Part shown: piece by piece, positions 49,801 through 63,732 of the stretch
Position numbering within the stretch: position 1 is the stretch's first letter
How the letters are laid out: the number at the start of each line of letters is the position of its first letter
Assembly: GCF_902652985.1 (NCBI RefSeq)
Contig: NC_047016.1
Span: forward strand, 8,184,001-8,248,000
Source: Pecten maximus
Lineage: Eukaryota
Direction of reading: 5' to 3'
DNA: 64,000 nt
Notes under the pieces: generated by a model
The model's input: only the letters and a program-made list of their open reading frames with translations
The model's database searches: none
What the model was told of the DNA's origin: nothing
Position numbers and translations under genes: made by a program

Positions 49801-52800
49801 TAATAACTTGACTGTGGGGGCAATTTTGATTTCAATATGTGCTTGCATCCATAGCATTGCATTTTAGGTTCAAAGGTCAAGGTCATATAAAAATGGTTCT
49901 CACACAAAAACTTTCAGTTTCCTTTTGCTGCTTACAGTAAAATCAATGTTCATAAAATATATTCTTCAGTTGATAAGTGTATCTTTTCCCTGTGCAATTT
50001 TGCTACTGTTGCCCCTGCAAATGACCCATCCACTTTGTGAAATGCTATAAATGTCATTTCTAAAGCTTTTACAGGATTCTCTCTAACAAAGATATTGAAT
50101 ATTAACTAACTTGTGTGTTATTTTATGCTATTACAGGTAAAGTATAGGATGCCATATGGAATGCTGTCTCTGGATTATAGAAATGATCTGCTCATTTATT
50201 CTTCATATAAATGTTTATAATGTGTTTATTGTAATACAAATCTTTCATAAATGTGTAACTGAAATGTGACTCCATTCTGCATGTAGTTATGACAATAATG
50301 CATAATGTGCATTGTATATGCTCAAACATCTGTTTCATTGATTTTTGACTTTTTGTCACTTTCCTGCTCATTTGTGATTATTATAAAATCACCCCTTGAA
50401 AGCAAAAATGCAAATGAATTGGCAGAATGTGATTGAGTCTGCAGAATAACTTTTCTACCTAGTCATTTGAATCATTGATCATAAAAGTTTACGTTTTACA
50501 TGGAAATCATAATTGAATTCCCTATCAAGTGTTTTCACTTGTACAAGGAACATTACAAATTTCTGTGGCCAGAAGCCAAAAGTCATCTGACAGTTTGGGT
50601 ATAGTGTAGAAATATACAGAGTATAGGACTTTATACAAAGTTGATAGGATTGATATTTATGTTAGCAAGTCCTATAAAGGAAGGATTTAAAATAAGTTTG
50701 GCTTGGTAATTTGCCGAAAATATTCCCCATTAAAAAGGTACCCCAATACCTGCTGGCTTAGAATACAAGTGCATTTTAAATTTAGGGCTGTTGTTGCACA
50801 GGCTAATGGTGGCATATGTTTTCTTTCTCTCTGCCCCCACACTTGTGTTGCCTGTGACCTTGACCCTGTGCCTGTCACCGCTGTGTCGACCGGATGTTCC
50901 AATCACAGCCACCAAGGATCTCGCCCAGACGTCCTACTTCCTGGCAACTAACAGGTGCTCACATCAATGCCATTCGCCTCTCTCCAGCAGTATTTATGTA
51001 ATGGGTCACAAACTTTTTCTCTATGTAGCCAATGTCAGATTTTCATGTTTTCTTTCAAATGACTGCAATGTTTGCAGTTTTGTTTACTGAAGTAAATGCT
51101 ACTTAAACTAAGTTTCTGATTTGGCTATGTAGTCAAAAGTATTAATCCAGCATCATAATCATTAAAAAAAACCAGTACTCTTGATTTTGAAAAATATGTA
51201 GAAATTTATTTTACTTTTGAAAACAAGAACTGTATCAAGCTGACGATCATAATGATCTTTTATTATATACCTGGAAACCAAATTTCAATCTCATACATTA
51301 CTACTGTGACACAGCACATCACTTGTTTGAAAAGAAAAAGAAATGGACTCTTGCAAAGTATGCATGCTTTCAAACTTGAATGTGTTGCATATTCAGAGAG
51401 ATTTTTTTCAAAAGATACCCTTCCCACAGAATTTGACTTTAATATGTGGAAAGTTCAAATGGATTATACATATATATCATAATAAAAGTGTTCAATTGGA
51501 AACAAGAATGCATCTTAATGCCATTCAACTTTTTACATAAATGGAGAGAGAACATATTTCATGCATGTCTATAAGTTATAATCATTTTAATTTCAGATAC
51601 AATGCACATATGACTGGCAAGCATAGTGATGATTTCCTGTCTTTGAAGTTTTTCATCAATATCTTACATTTTTACTATATGTTTTTGGTATATATATATG
51701 TATGCATTAGGTTTTGAATTAATGTTTCCATTGCCTATTGCAGCCTCCACTTGACTACCATGTGTCTGCAGTACAAGCCAACAGTAGTAGCCTGTGCCTG
51801 TGTACATCTAGCCTGCAAATGGTCCAGCTGGGAGGTATAACTCGCCGTCCTTCCCAAAATATAAACATCATCCCCTCCTTTCCTGATATTGTAGATACCA
51901 AATAACCTGTGAAACAAGTACCCTGTTAGTATTGATATCGATGACACTCTGTCACTGAACTGATTTATATTCATACCAGACATAGCATCACACTTTCGAG
52001 TTCTGAACCTGATTAGATTTTGATGGTCATTGGTCAAGGTCAAAGGTCAGACTTTTACAATAAAAAGTTTGTGTACACAATATCTCGTGGACCTCTGAAT
52101 AGATTTAGTTCATATTTACATCGTAGTATCACACATCAAGTTCTACACCTGATTAGATTTGGTGGTCATAGGTCAAAGGTCACACTTGAACATTTAAAAA
52201 AAATCTGGTACACATGATGTTTGGTGAACCTCTGGATAGATATTTTTTGAGCATCCACTTTATTCTCACCAGAGTTCCTATTATTTTCTAGTAATATTTA
52301 ATATTATTTATATATTTAAATATTACTCCTTGATAGCTTGTATAGTGAACTTTTTATATTATAGTCTTAATAGTAAATAATTATATACTATTGAGACTAA
52401 AACACAAGTCTGATTTCGGTTCCTGACCGACTCTACTTCTGGTAATAGTCATGTATTTATTAACCCATTAGGTCCATCCATAAATACTTATACTTTGTAT
52501 AGTTATCTTTGTTTCTTCCTGGTACCTAGTATAGTAGTGTATGTTAAATTTTGAGACTGTTTGGAAACCAAAATGGCCAACATGCAGCCATTTTGAATTT
52601 GACAGTTTAAGCATGTCACTATTTCTCAAAGAGTACTTAATCTTTCTCAAGTTTCATATGTAGGTTGATTATTACAAAAATATGTTCCATGTCATTATCT
52701 TATTTCTTTTTACCATTTATAGATTCCTCGGTCAAGTGAAGGCAAAGATTGGCATTGGTACCTTGACAAAAATGTCACAGTCAAATTACTTGAAGGTAAA

Positions 52801-55800
52801 GCAGATTAAATGACAATCACATGAATATTTCAGGAAAATTCCAAAGTTGGTATATTAGATTAAAAGTGGTCAGGTTGCCTTTAATTATTTCATATTTATT
52901 AAATGATCTGGTGAAAACAACGATATGCTTTTCATATCAGTTCAATAAGAATCTAAGCAGATCAACAGTAAAGGTCTTTAATTGAATATTCTCTTTTTTG
53001 TAGGCAAATTAATGGCTTTGACATGTTATTAAAAATATTTTGTTTAAATTTATATTTAAAACACCTGTACTCAACAATGTAAGCATTTGACTTATTGAGC
53101 AGTTGACATTTCACAGACAGCAAAATCTTGTCTACTGCTTTCCATAAATATCGCCAACTTTGATTCATTCATAACATATAAAGTTGTATTTTTGCCTTTT
53201 AGATATGTCGCAGGAATTTCTCAATATACTGGACAAGTGCCCAAGCAAGCTTAGGAAGAAAATATTGACATGGAAGGTAAAAATCTGGATATGATAAATA
53301 CATTTTTAATGCTCCTCAAAAACACTTTAGGGGAGCAAAGTGTTTTGCCTGGGGTGGGAGGTCAATTTTACAATTCGCTGGAGATAGACAAATGAAATTT
53401 TCTGGTTATAGGTAGAATGGCAAGTTTGTGTTACACATTGTTCCTGGACAATACTTCAGGTCTGGGTCACACATTAATTCATGTTCCAAGCCTTACTTTC
53501 TGACTCATGAAATCAAATGCAAAGCTGTGTTTGACAAGTATGACGGGCCACAGGCCTCAAGTAAAGGCCACATTGAGATCATAGATCAAAAGTCAAATTC
53601 TTTGTCCAAGGTTAGTGACATATAGAGTTATGGCTAAGGTGGTTTTGCTGCATGCTACTTTGGGTGCAGGTGTGTGACTTGTATAAAATAACTATATCTC
53701 TCTTGAATCCTATACATGATATGTAGGCCTGTATTTCAGTTGCAATATATTTCTAGGGAGCACAGTATCAGTTTTACAGATTTGTAGTTGTTTAGAGAAG
53801 TGCATGTCCCTCCAAGTAAAATGTAAACTTGATTTACAACAAAATCAATCACAATAAAAGAATTGTTTGCAAGAGAAACTGCTAAATAGTGAAATTATGA
53901 AAGGTTTATCTAAAACTTTGTATATAGCATATATACTAATTCCTTAATTCCAGGGAAATCTTGAGAATAAGCAGATTTATTGCAAGAAATAAAAAAAAAA
54001 AACAACATTTATTAGTCCCCTACTGGTAAAACCAAGGAGACTCTAAGTTTCCTCCTCTTACGTCTTTCAGTCCATCCACTCAGATCAAGTTTGAGTTCTT
54101 GGGTCTTGTTTTGAAAAGTTTTATGCAGAAACTAGATGGTATCTTTCTGGGGTTTTTTGTGGCATAATGCAGCATGTTCACAATAATACAGGGGACCTGA
54201 GAACAGAATTATGATTTTATTTCAATATCTTTTGATTTTAAGTTAATGGCCTAATGGGGGAATCCTCTCTGAAAGCTTATTTATGGGTCTTAAATTTTGA
54301 AAAAAGGGAGGGATATTTGAATTCATTGGCTGCAAAAGGTCTAATTTGGATAGAATACTGTAATTGTGACTTGTTTTTGTTTTCTTTTCCAGTCTGGAAA
54401 GGACAGACCAGAGGAGTATGACCCTGAAAAGAAGAAGTTACGTGAGCAAGCTGCCCAGCAATCAGCGAGAGAATCTGGCGCAGGCAAGACATCATCCCAT
54501 CATCATTCAATGACCAACCATGACCGGAAAGGAGACAAATCTCATCACATAAAATCAGAAACATCACATGGTAGTTCAAAACATCATTCAGACCCCAGTG
54601 GAACAGCTCAGAGTGGCCACCACCATCACCAGCGTTCCCATACAGATTCTGCTGCATCAAAACCCAACCCTGTCCAAACTAGTACGGATTCAAACAAACA
54701 CAGCTCAGACCCTTCACATTTAGGGACCGTTACAAATCCGTCCATTTCTGCTACTGCTGCTGCTGCTGTTTCAACAGCAACCACCACTAGTACCACAAAA
54801 ACCACACTCAAAGAATACTGGGAGAAACAGAAAGAAAGAGAGAAACGTGAGGCTGCTGCTGCAGCTGAGAAGATTAAGCGTGAGCCTCAGGAAAGTGGTG
54901 AGGAGAGGAGAGTTCCTTCAGTAAAACTAGAACCAGGTCAGCATCCTGGAGTAGAGAAAACCAAACATCACCATCACAGAGATAGGGAACATCACCGAGA
55001 TCAGCATAGACAACAGCGAGATCTTGAAAAGATATCAGAAACTAAAATCAAAATTAAGTCAGAACCTGGTCTTACTCACCACAAGGTTACAAATGAAAGC
55101 TCTTCTCCTCTAAAACTAAAAATTAAAATGCCAAAGGACCAATCAAGTCATGGGGATAAGAAGCATTCTTCTTCCCAGTCATCATCTCAATCGGAACAAA
55201 AAGTGCCACCATTGAAAATATCTTCAGGCTCTTCAAGGCATCGTGGTGAGTCACATCATAAGTCACACAAGTCTTCGCGACACTCCAGTAGTAACTCCGA
55301 ACAAAGTTCAGGTATGAACCATTCAGGTGACGGTGGAGGTCACCACAGTGGGACCAACGGCCGCTCGGACCTCAAGCTCCACATCAACATGAACACAATG
55401 TCGTCATCCTCAAGCAAGTCTGGTCGTGAGGGAAAGGGGGAAAAACATAAGGACAAAAATTCTCGGTCTTCGTCCTCCCACCACGACTCGGCCAAATCTG
55501 CCTCTTCTTCCACGTCTTCACACAGCCACTCAGGTCACCCATGGACAATGTCAGAACTAATGGCCACAACAGCAGCTTCAAATTCAATGCCTTCGTCATC
55601 GTCACGGAAACGACCTCATAGTCCTGCAACAGACCATTTAAATGATTTACATAAGAATAAAGTGTCAAAATCAGAAACAAACCTGCGCAGGTCATCTTCT
55701 AACCATTCTATAGTGAGTATGGATTTGTCAGACACTGGGTCTCTGACTGGTGGGGATGTGTTCAATACAGAGACTAATATTGCACTACGTGGACTTGAAG

Positions 55801-56087
55801 GTGGAAGTAGAAACAACTCTCCGTTGATTGACGCCAGTAAAGAAAAGTTAGATATGCGAATACAGGAATTACAGCAAGTCATTGACTTGCAAAAGGCTCA
55901 AATAGCATTACAACAAACCCCCAGCAATCCTCAGGCACCGCCTCCGCCTCCTGCCCCCTCACTGAACACACCATTTACCGACATGCCAATGCAATCCTTG
56001 TTTGACATGGATTTCCTTTCTGACGATGCCTTGCCTCCTCTACCTGGTGACATAACGGAGAAACCTCCAACACCCACACACTTTTGA
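43896..56087 (+). CDS. CCNT1: Cyclin T (P-TEFb regulatory subunit; CCNT1/CCNT2 co-ortholog), 10 exons, 817 aa
   Basis: Exons 43896-44038, 44684-44765, 45934-46059, 48423-48483, 48690-48752, 50909-50954, 51744-51834, 52723-52795, 53203-53276, 54393-56087; 2454 nt, phases consistent. Motifs: [93 protein letters not shown], His/Ser-rich IDR and Pro-rich C-terminus. Confidence 0.95.
44039..44683 (+). other. U12-type GT-AG intron 1 of cyclin T
   Basis: Donor GT|GTATCCTG at 44039; consensus branch site TCCTTAAC at 44666-44673, 10 nt from the CAG| junction. Confidence 0.92.
46600..46945. mobile_element. Foldback (Crypton-like) repeat with a 110-bp internal duplication
   Basis: TGAATACGATGATTTCTCAGCTGGGGAAAGTGATAT...ATATCATTTTCAAGGGATGATAAATCATTGTATTCA repeated twice, each copy an imperfect palindrome. 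Confidence 0.55.
46833..46905 (+). mobile_element. 5'-truncated SINE tail with 11-bp TSD
   Basis: GACTTTAGCTGTTAATAGGACGTTAAAC plus (CAAAC)n tail, flanked by GTATTCACCTG at 46822-46832 and 46906-46916. Confidence 0.8.
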
Positions 56088-57664
56088 CTTAGGCCATACA
56101 TTAGGCAACTTTAATTTTATATACCAATTAAAAAAAGAAATAAAAACGCAAAACTTAACTTCCAGTATTTCAATATTCTGAGCTTTTATGAATTGAAAAC
56201 ATTACTGTAATTTACAAATCTTGTTTTGAATGCAAGTAGATATAAAGCACATGTATTTGTATATTTGTTTTTCTAAGATTATTTCATTTATACTTAATAT
56301 TGATCAGTAACAATATTGATGTTCTCATATTAATGATTTTAGAATATTTACATAGCAAAAATTGCTGGTGAATGTTAAGAGAATTTATTCATGATGTCGT
56401 CCATAGGAGATCGAAATTATTTTTTATCCAAATTGATGATTGAATTAACACAAAAATTGATGAAGTTCAGAAGATTCCACTTCAGAAGCTTAAAATTACC
56501 ATTTGCATAATAATAACACACGGCATTGAGTGGGGTGTCAAAAAGAAATAGACTTGTTTCAACCATGTCGTAATTTTTTGAATAAATCCCATTCACACTT
56601 TACCTTTCTCATAACCTTAATAATTTTTTCTTTGTTATAAATTGATCAATTGAAAAGATTTTCTAATGTGAAATCATTTTTCATAATGTCATGTACAACA
56701 ATTTATTCATAATATAGATAAAAAAAGAATTAGGGTAACCAAGAAAACTGAATACGACTAAGTGAGATTTAACTGTATATCTCGTTTATTGTATAAATGA
56801 ACACATAGTAACGATGGGGGTTGCAGGAGCGGGGGGTATGAGTTGGCCCTCTGGACGACAGTTCTAGTTTTAAATTGACAAAGACATTGTAAAGCAGTAA
56901 TGAGTATATAGATTTTCTAGATCATGTATACAATGCATAAATATTGCAAAGAGCTGGACAAGGCAAGATATTCCTGGGATTGGTGTCCATCAAAAATTCT
57001 TTCATTGTGGTAACGAGGTACCTAAAAAGAGTGCTAGAATCTTAGACAGATTGGTTATGTGATTGAAGTGGAATCTACTGTATTTTAGTGTGTATTGTGA
57101 TTCTGATAGAACCAAAGATTTCAAATATTTTACTTGACGTCAGTGATTGGTCAACACAGACTTGTATAGTAGATATTTTGTGAGAAAGAAAAGTAAACTT
57201 TCTGGCTATAGCCTTGTAGATTGCAACAACTAAATTACTGGTAAACACAAAAAATATATAGTTTTGTATTTTCACACATATGATGCATTTTCATTATAAT
57301 TACTGCCATGGGCATTAAACAAACAAATTTTATTTTATGTTGTTGTTTTTTACCAGAACTTTTTACTTGTATCTGAAAAATAATATTTAATTGAGACATT
57401 TTACTTAGAAATGTATGGGAAGAAGGTAAAGTGCATCCTGTCCTAAAGCAAAACTTTTTTTGTATTACATTGCTGGTTATTAATCGTCTGTGTAGATGGG
57501 TATGGCTCAAATTAAACTGAATTATGATTTGGGGGATGGGGGATTCCTGATTGTCAAAAGAATAAGGAAAAGAAAGCCCTGTCTCGGCTAAATTTGGTTA
57601 AACATAACTAGAGATCATCATCACCATTAAACTATTACTTAGATACATCACTTTACATCTTTAT

Positions 57665-57788
57665 AATCTGATTAAAACCAGATCTTTCAATTCCACTCTG
57701 ATACTCTACAATCAATGTAGATGTACTTGATGTTCCAGTTCCAGGTAGAGTATCAAAGTGGAATTAAAGATCTGACTTTAATCGGATT
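57665..57788. repeat. ~44-bp imperfect inverted repeat (hairpin) downstream of the cyclin T stop
   Basis: Left arm 57665-57709 matches the reverse complement of 57745-57788 with 4 mismatches and 1 indel. Confidence 0.85.
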
Positions 57789-60700
57789 GCCCATCAAGGA
57801 ATTTACCCTCAGTGCACTTAATATAATTTCCTACAAGTTTTGTAGGGGTTCTTTGCAGATTGGCATTACTATTAAATGCTTTAGATAGGCAGTCTTCGAG
57901 AATATGTTCCCAAGCAAATTCATGTTTCTCTCATTCCGGTTTCTGATGGATGTTTTAATGGACAAAAGATTTGGTAGTGATAACATATTGATAATGTACC
58001 GTGTTCCTAATGGCAACCATTTAAAAAAAGTTTTTATCTGTCTTGTTGAAAAGAAATGTTGATAAACATTCTCAACATTGTTATAGCTTGTTTGAATGGC
58101 AGGTTTTCAATAATAAATGTTTAATGGTGATTTCAATGTACATGTGTGTTATGGATTAGTACATATTAAGATTTTGTTTTTGTCATTTATAACAGGTTAG
58201 TAACCTAAATTGATGACCATACATAAATACTACTTTGCAACGTTTACCTCAAAATTAATCATGAGTTTTCAAAACTATCATACCCATTGAACTGGTGATT
58301 CTTGTGAGTTTTGGTGAATGAAAGTGCTAATTGCCCAATTCTCTTCAGTGTTTAAACAAAACTTTAGATGCACAAGTTACATGTTCAGTGTGTATCAATA
58401 TGTATGAGCTGTGCAGCCTTGATTTAGATCATGTAATCAATTTAACTTGACACTTCAAAATTATGTTCTCCCAAAGAATTACAGAATAGCCAGGTGCTCT
58501 AAATATAATCGTACACATTTTTACTGTTGAAATGTAACATTTTCGCATGTGTGAGTTTGCCATTGCAAAACTTTTCAATTTAAATCCAGTAAAAAAGCAA
58601 AATAAATCCTGAAATCATTCCTTATTCTTTTTATACCCATTTTACATGATCTATATCAATGCTTTAATCATAAGCAGTTTGACATTCACTATGGGTAATA
58701 GCACATTATCATTGTGTCTTGCCCAGCCAAGAAATGCACATTTTTCATCAAAAAGCAGTTGTGTTCTGCCAATGTTAGATCAATTACAAAAAGTTATACC
58801 ATCAAGTTCGACTTCGACACATGTTGAATTGGATGCAACCTTTCTTATCATTTTTTTTTGTAACCTTTGGAAAATTGAGATTATAAAGGGGAAACGTTTT
58901 TAAAACACCTAAGCGTTTTTGTTTTTGTTTAAGATATAAGCTAGAAAACCCCATATCAATGAATATATCATTTGAAGATTTGTTAAATTAGCAGCTAGAG
59001 GTAAAGTCCTTCTGATTTATTAGTTTATATTCACAATGTCAGGATTGTGCTGTCTGTATCTACCAGGATTTAATGAGGAGTTGATTTATGCAGGTGATTT
59101 TTACATGCTACATAAAGTGTCAGGCTAACTATAATACAGAGGTTTATCAGTCTTCTTAAGACTCGTGTGGTATGTTGAACTAACAAATTATCTTCAATAT
59201 ACAGGATGTTGTGTAAGGACAAACAAGAAAGGGCAAGTTTGGTATCAATTGTAATATTGGGATACATTCAGTATCATACTAGCTATTATGAAGGGGACAA
59301 ATCTTGGAGGTGTGTTTTGTAATGACTATATTCAGTATCGTTGTCTAGCAAGGTAAGTTTTGTGCACGTGAATCGAGGCCTTTATGAAGTGTCATTTCCT
59401 TGTTATCTTAGATGTTGTGGGAGGGCATTTTTGTCTGCTGGCGTACTAGTAGGGACTTTGTATAATATAAACCTCCAGTATTGTCATCAGGTGACATAGT
59501 TTCAGAATTGCCTAATTTAATCGCTGACTTAAAAAGTAGCGATACCATTTCTGTTATATTGTCATTGATGTACACGTATGTCTTGTTTTCATTTTTGGCT
59601 TGCATTGTTTCAACAGGTTTTGAAAACATAGCAAGTTTTAAGATAACACTGATCAGGGTAATATTTCAAAAACATAATGACAGTGTGGTGAATTTTCCGA
59701 GAAATTATTGCTGATCAACTTAAATAAAAAACTTTACAATATGGATACTACCTGGGATATGCCATGTTTATCTGGTAGAAATGCCTAAATGTAATGCCAT
59801 TTCTAGAAAAGAAAAAAAATGAAGAGAAATCAACAAAAAAAAAATGATTCAATTTTACCTACATGAAGGTTCATATTTTGCTTGATGTTTCATATAATAA
59901 TTTGGTTACCATATCTTTCACCTGCCATGTCATTACACCCATGTACATTATCTTTTTTCTATGCTATATCTACATATTCTCCTTGACAGGAGGTTTTTGT
60001 AGTCACGTGTCTGCAAGTCTGATACTGTTGTTTGTAGGATTTAAGCAGTATTCACTTTGATTTGGTACATAGGGATTAGGAAAACACTCTAGAGCATTGA
60101 TAAAGTGTGAATGGTAGCCAAAGTTTCCTCGGACAAAAGACTTGATGGACACTTCTGGTGTTGGGTCCAGATGAGACTTGGACTATATGAAAGCATCAGT
60201 GTTGGTTTAAATGCACAAGAAATCATGCCAAGAAGTTTGTTTTTGTGATTCTCTAATAATCGGGTAATATGTACTTTACTTACAAAAAAAAAAAAAAAAA
60301 AATTAAAATGCCACTGAACTTATTACATAATATCAGTATCTTTTTATTTAATCGTGTGTGAGATCAGCATATCTTTGTATTTTCAATGAGTTGTACGTTA
60401 GGAGGGAGAATTAAATGTGCTACACTATGTTGATAGGTTGGACATATTTACCTTGATTATATAAAACATTTTAAAATGGTACCAAGGTCTCCTGTTTTGT
60501 TTTTCTTGTCACCTGTGTAAAGCTAGTGATTGAGACTTCAGATTCTACAATTGTAATGGTCATGTAAAATCATTTGAACTACATATGTATCCTCTATTCC
60601 ATAACGCGCTGTATTTGTTTCCTCTGAATGCAAGCATTGAAATTTTAGCTTGCCTGCGTGAATAGCAAATGAGTATGTGCCATTCTGAAATCTCCGTCTG

Positions 60701-60839
60701 GTGTCAACATTTTCCTTGTAACCACTGCCTAATAACCAAAAGTCATGGTAGTGGGCTTGTAGAATGCTGGGATTATGGCCTGCAAGTTTGTTCAAATGAA
60801 TTACCTTGATCCTCTATAAACTTCAAACGTGTCAATCGG

Positions 60840-61047
60840 GGCCCAGTTGTTCAAAAGGTGATTAACTTAATATCTTGATAGTGAAAATCTCATTTATTTT
60901 TTTCTTCAAAATCCGAGTGTGTAGTACATGTATATACCAGTACTGTATTTTAATAAAAATGTTACTTTTACCAAAAATTATCTGATCAGAATTTTTAAAT
61001 TGTTGTTAAACTGTGATTAGCCTAATCACCTTTCAAACAACTGGGAT
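60840..61047. mobile_element. MITE (Harbinger-like, family inferred)
   Basis: TIRs CCCAGTTGTTCAAAAGGTGATTA / TAATCACCTTTCAAACAACTGGG around an AT-rich interior; TSD unclear. Confidence 0.7.
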
Positions 61048-63732
61048 CTCAATAACCAAGATGATTAGGTTCACAAAATTTGGCCAGTTGGATATTGGCA
61101 TGAAAAGGTTAAGTTTGTTTGATTTATAGCAATAACCATGACCAACTCTTAAGGTCGCAGGAGTGTACGATTTGTACTGTAATGTTTTATTATAACATTA
61201 AAAATATAACCTACATCAATTTGGGATCCATATCAATTACTTAAACCTAATTTAACTTTGGAAGTCGGAGCAATGAAATCTTATAAGTGTTTTCTTAACA
61301 AGCTTCAAAATAGATGGGAAGTACAGGCCCATGCAGCTTCTTGACTAGACTGTTCAGTTGATAATGAGAAATTACAACCAAAACAAAAAGTGACACTTTT
61401 ATCTGAATACTTTATTGGTGGGTAAAACTGAGTACCATACAGACACATAATACAATATAACATAGCATTTATCACAGCTTAGCAAAATCATCATTTAAAC
61501 TAACACATCAATTCGGTGGATGCTGAAAACTTTCTGACTAGCCTTGGAAATATTAATTTCATTCAATCATCAGTTTTAAGTAATTTGGGCTATTCTAGCT
61601 GGTGGTCCCTGTTTGACAAACCTTGAGTCCACCTTGTAGATATTTTAATGGAATAGCCCTTACAATGGTTTAAATAAAGACATTTAATACATCCCCTGGC
61701 AAATCAATTGTTGACTAAATCAATTTCTACTTCTCATACATTTTGAAACAATAACAGGAATGATGTATGTGTTGAGGTTACCAGAGCCAAAGACTTGTGG
61801 TGACCTATTGCACTGGCCTTTTGTCCATTAACTTCTCTAGTGAACATAATAACTTGAGTACTGGTGAATATGAACAGATTTTCATGCAGCCTTATACCAA
61901 TAAGATCTGAGACAAATTTGACAATCAGGCCAATTCAACTGTAACTTACGGTGCTATGACCCTTTGTAGTGTTATTGTCACTGAACCTTGTGAACAAGAT
62001 ATAAAGCAAATTACCAAACAGCATTCTTCTGGCCATTCTCTGCAGTGTCTCCGACTTCAAAGTTTGAACAAAAAATCTCAACAGTTATTCAAATTCAGTT
62101 ATGCTCCAACAATTCAAAATGTGCAAAAGAATGAAAAGTTTTTCGGTACCATTTCCAGAAAGAATTTTGACACCTGTCCCAGAAAGTAACTGTTGAGCAT
62201 GGAATGACTTAAAAACAGTAAATGCATCCTGGAAGGATGTAACAGCTATATAATGCAATCTTTACTTGTTTTTCTCTTCACTTGTTCCTTTGTACAATAC
62301 CTGACAACTTCTCAAGTCCATACTTTCAAAGTGATTTAGAGAAATCTCAGTATTTTTCATGCTTGAAATAAAACTTGATCATTTTTTTTTTAAAAGATAC
62401 TCCTGACAATAATGTGTATAAAATATTTACAGTTTTTACATATGTATCTTTGATCTTTTAAACAACCTCGGGACTAACCACATCAGAAAGGAGATGGCCG
62501 ACCACTATGGTGGAAATACTCATATTTTTTTTTTTTAAATTATATTTTTGATTAATTTTGTTCATATGTATCCATTGTCCACTAAAACCCCACTTAAACC
62601 AATTAACAAAATGGGGAAAATTGCAAACTATCAAATGAAGATGAAAGATGCATTTTAAGATTTAATATAAATTGCATGGAGGGTAGTGACTGTAACTAGG
62701 ACTCGTAGTCTGGAATATTTAAATATATTGGTCAACTTCCGGATGAACATCTCAAACACTTTGTGAAATGTTCTGTAATACTGCAATCACACAATACATT
62801 GATCAATAAACCACAAACTTCCTCATATATTCAATAGAGTACTGGGTACAATACCTAATACACATACATTGGATGGATGTTAGAATGGTCTCACTTTAAA
62901 AGCTTTATTACATCATTTGTGATGATGTAATTTACAGACGTGTCTATGGTAAGCCAATTATACATTAATTAAATGAGAATAGTCCTGTTTATCTTACATA
63001 AAGTGAGATATCATAAAATATGGATCTTAAATACATATATCTTAATACAGTAATTTATTCATTCATTTGTAAGATATGTTTTCACCTTATAAAAGTTTTT
63101 AAGTTTCTGTATTTTATAAGTTTCTGTATAAGAGATCTAATATAATTGGTTCAGAAGACATTGTATGAAGAATTAGTTGACTTTGAAGTAATGAAAGTTC
63201 CCAACATTAATGCAGGTCGGAAATCAAAGTAATTTAAGTTTTTATTCCAGGAAAGTTCATTTACAATGGATTTATTCTGGAGGATCAGCTTAATATGAAC
63301 ACAGATTACCAGCTTTTACCACAAAGCAAAATCAGGAATACATATTATCCATGCTGATATAACAATGTATTCATTTCTATAATATGAATATCTTATCATT
63401 GTTTAGCGGTAAATGTCACACAAATTGTAACTACTATCATATCTATTTAGTAATTTTTTAGTCTTCAAGAACATTTTTCATAATACCTGTAATAGATCTC
63501 CAAGTTTATGGATGTACCAAGATAAAAATTTTAACTATATCATAAATGATATATTGTCACAGGATTGGTCCTCAAATAAATGTAAGATTGGTTTACCATA
63601 TATGTTATAGATAGGTCTAGATGACTACCTATTTGTCTTATTTATAGATATACCTTGCAGGTGTCTGAAATGAGACACTTTTTGTGGAATAATGTCATTT
63701 TGTACAATGTTTTGTACTAATACATGGTGTTA

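Noticed and set aside
56100-63700. Short ORFs of 60-90 aa in the region after cyclin T
   Set aside because: AT-rich UTR/intergenic composition, no recognisable domains, no consistent splice structure.
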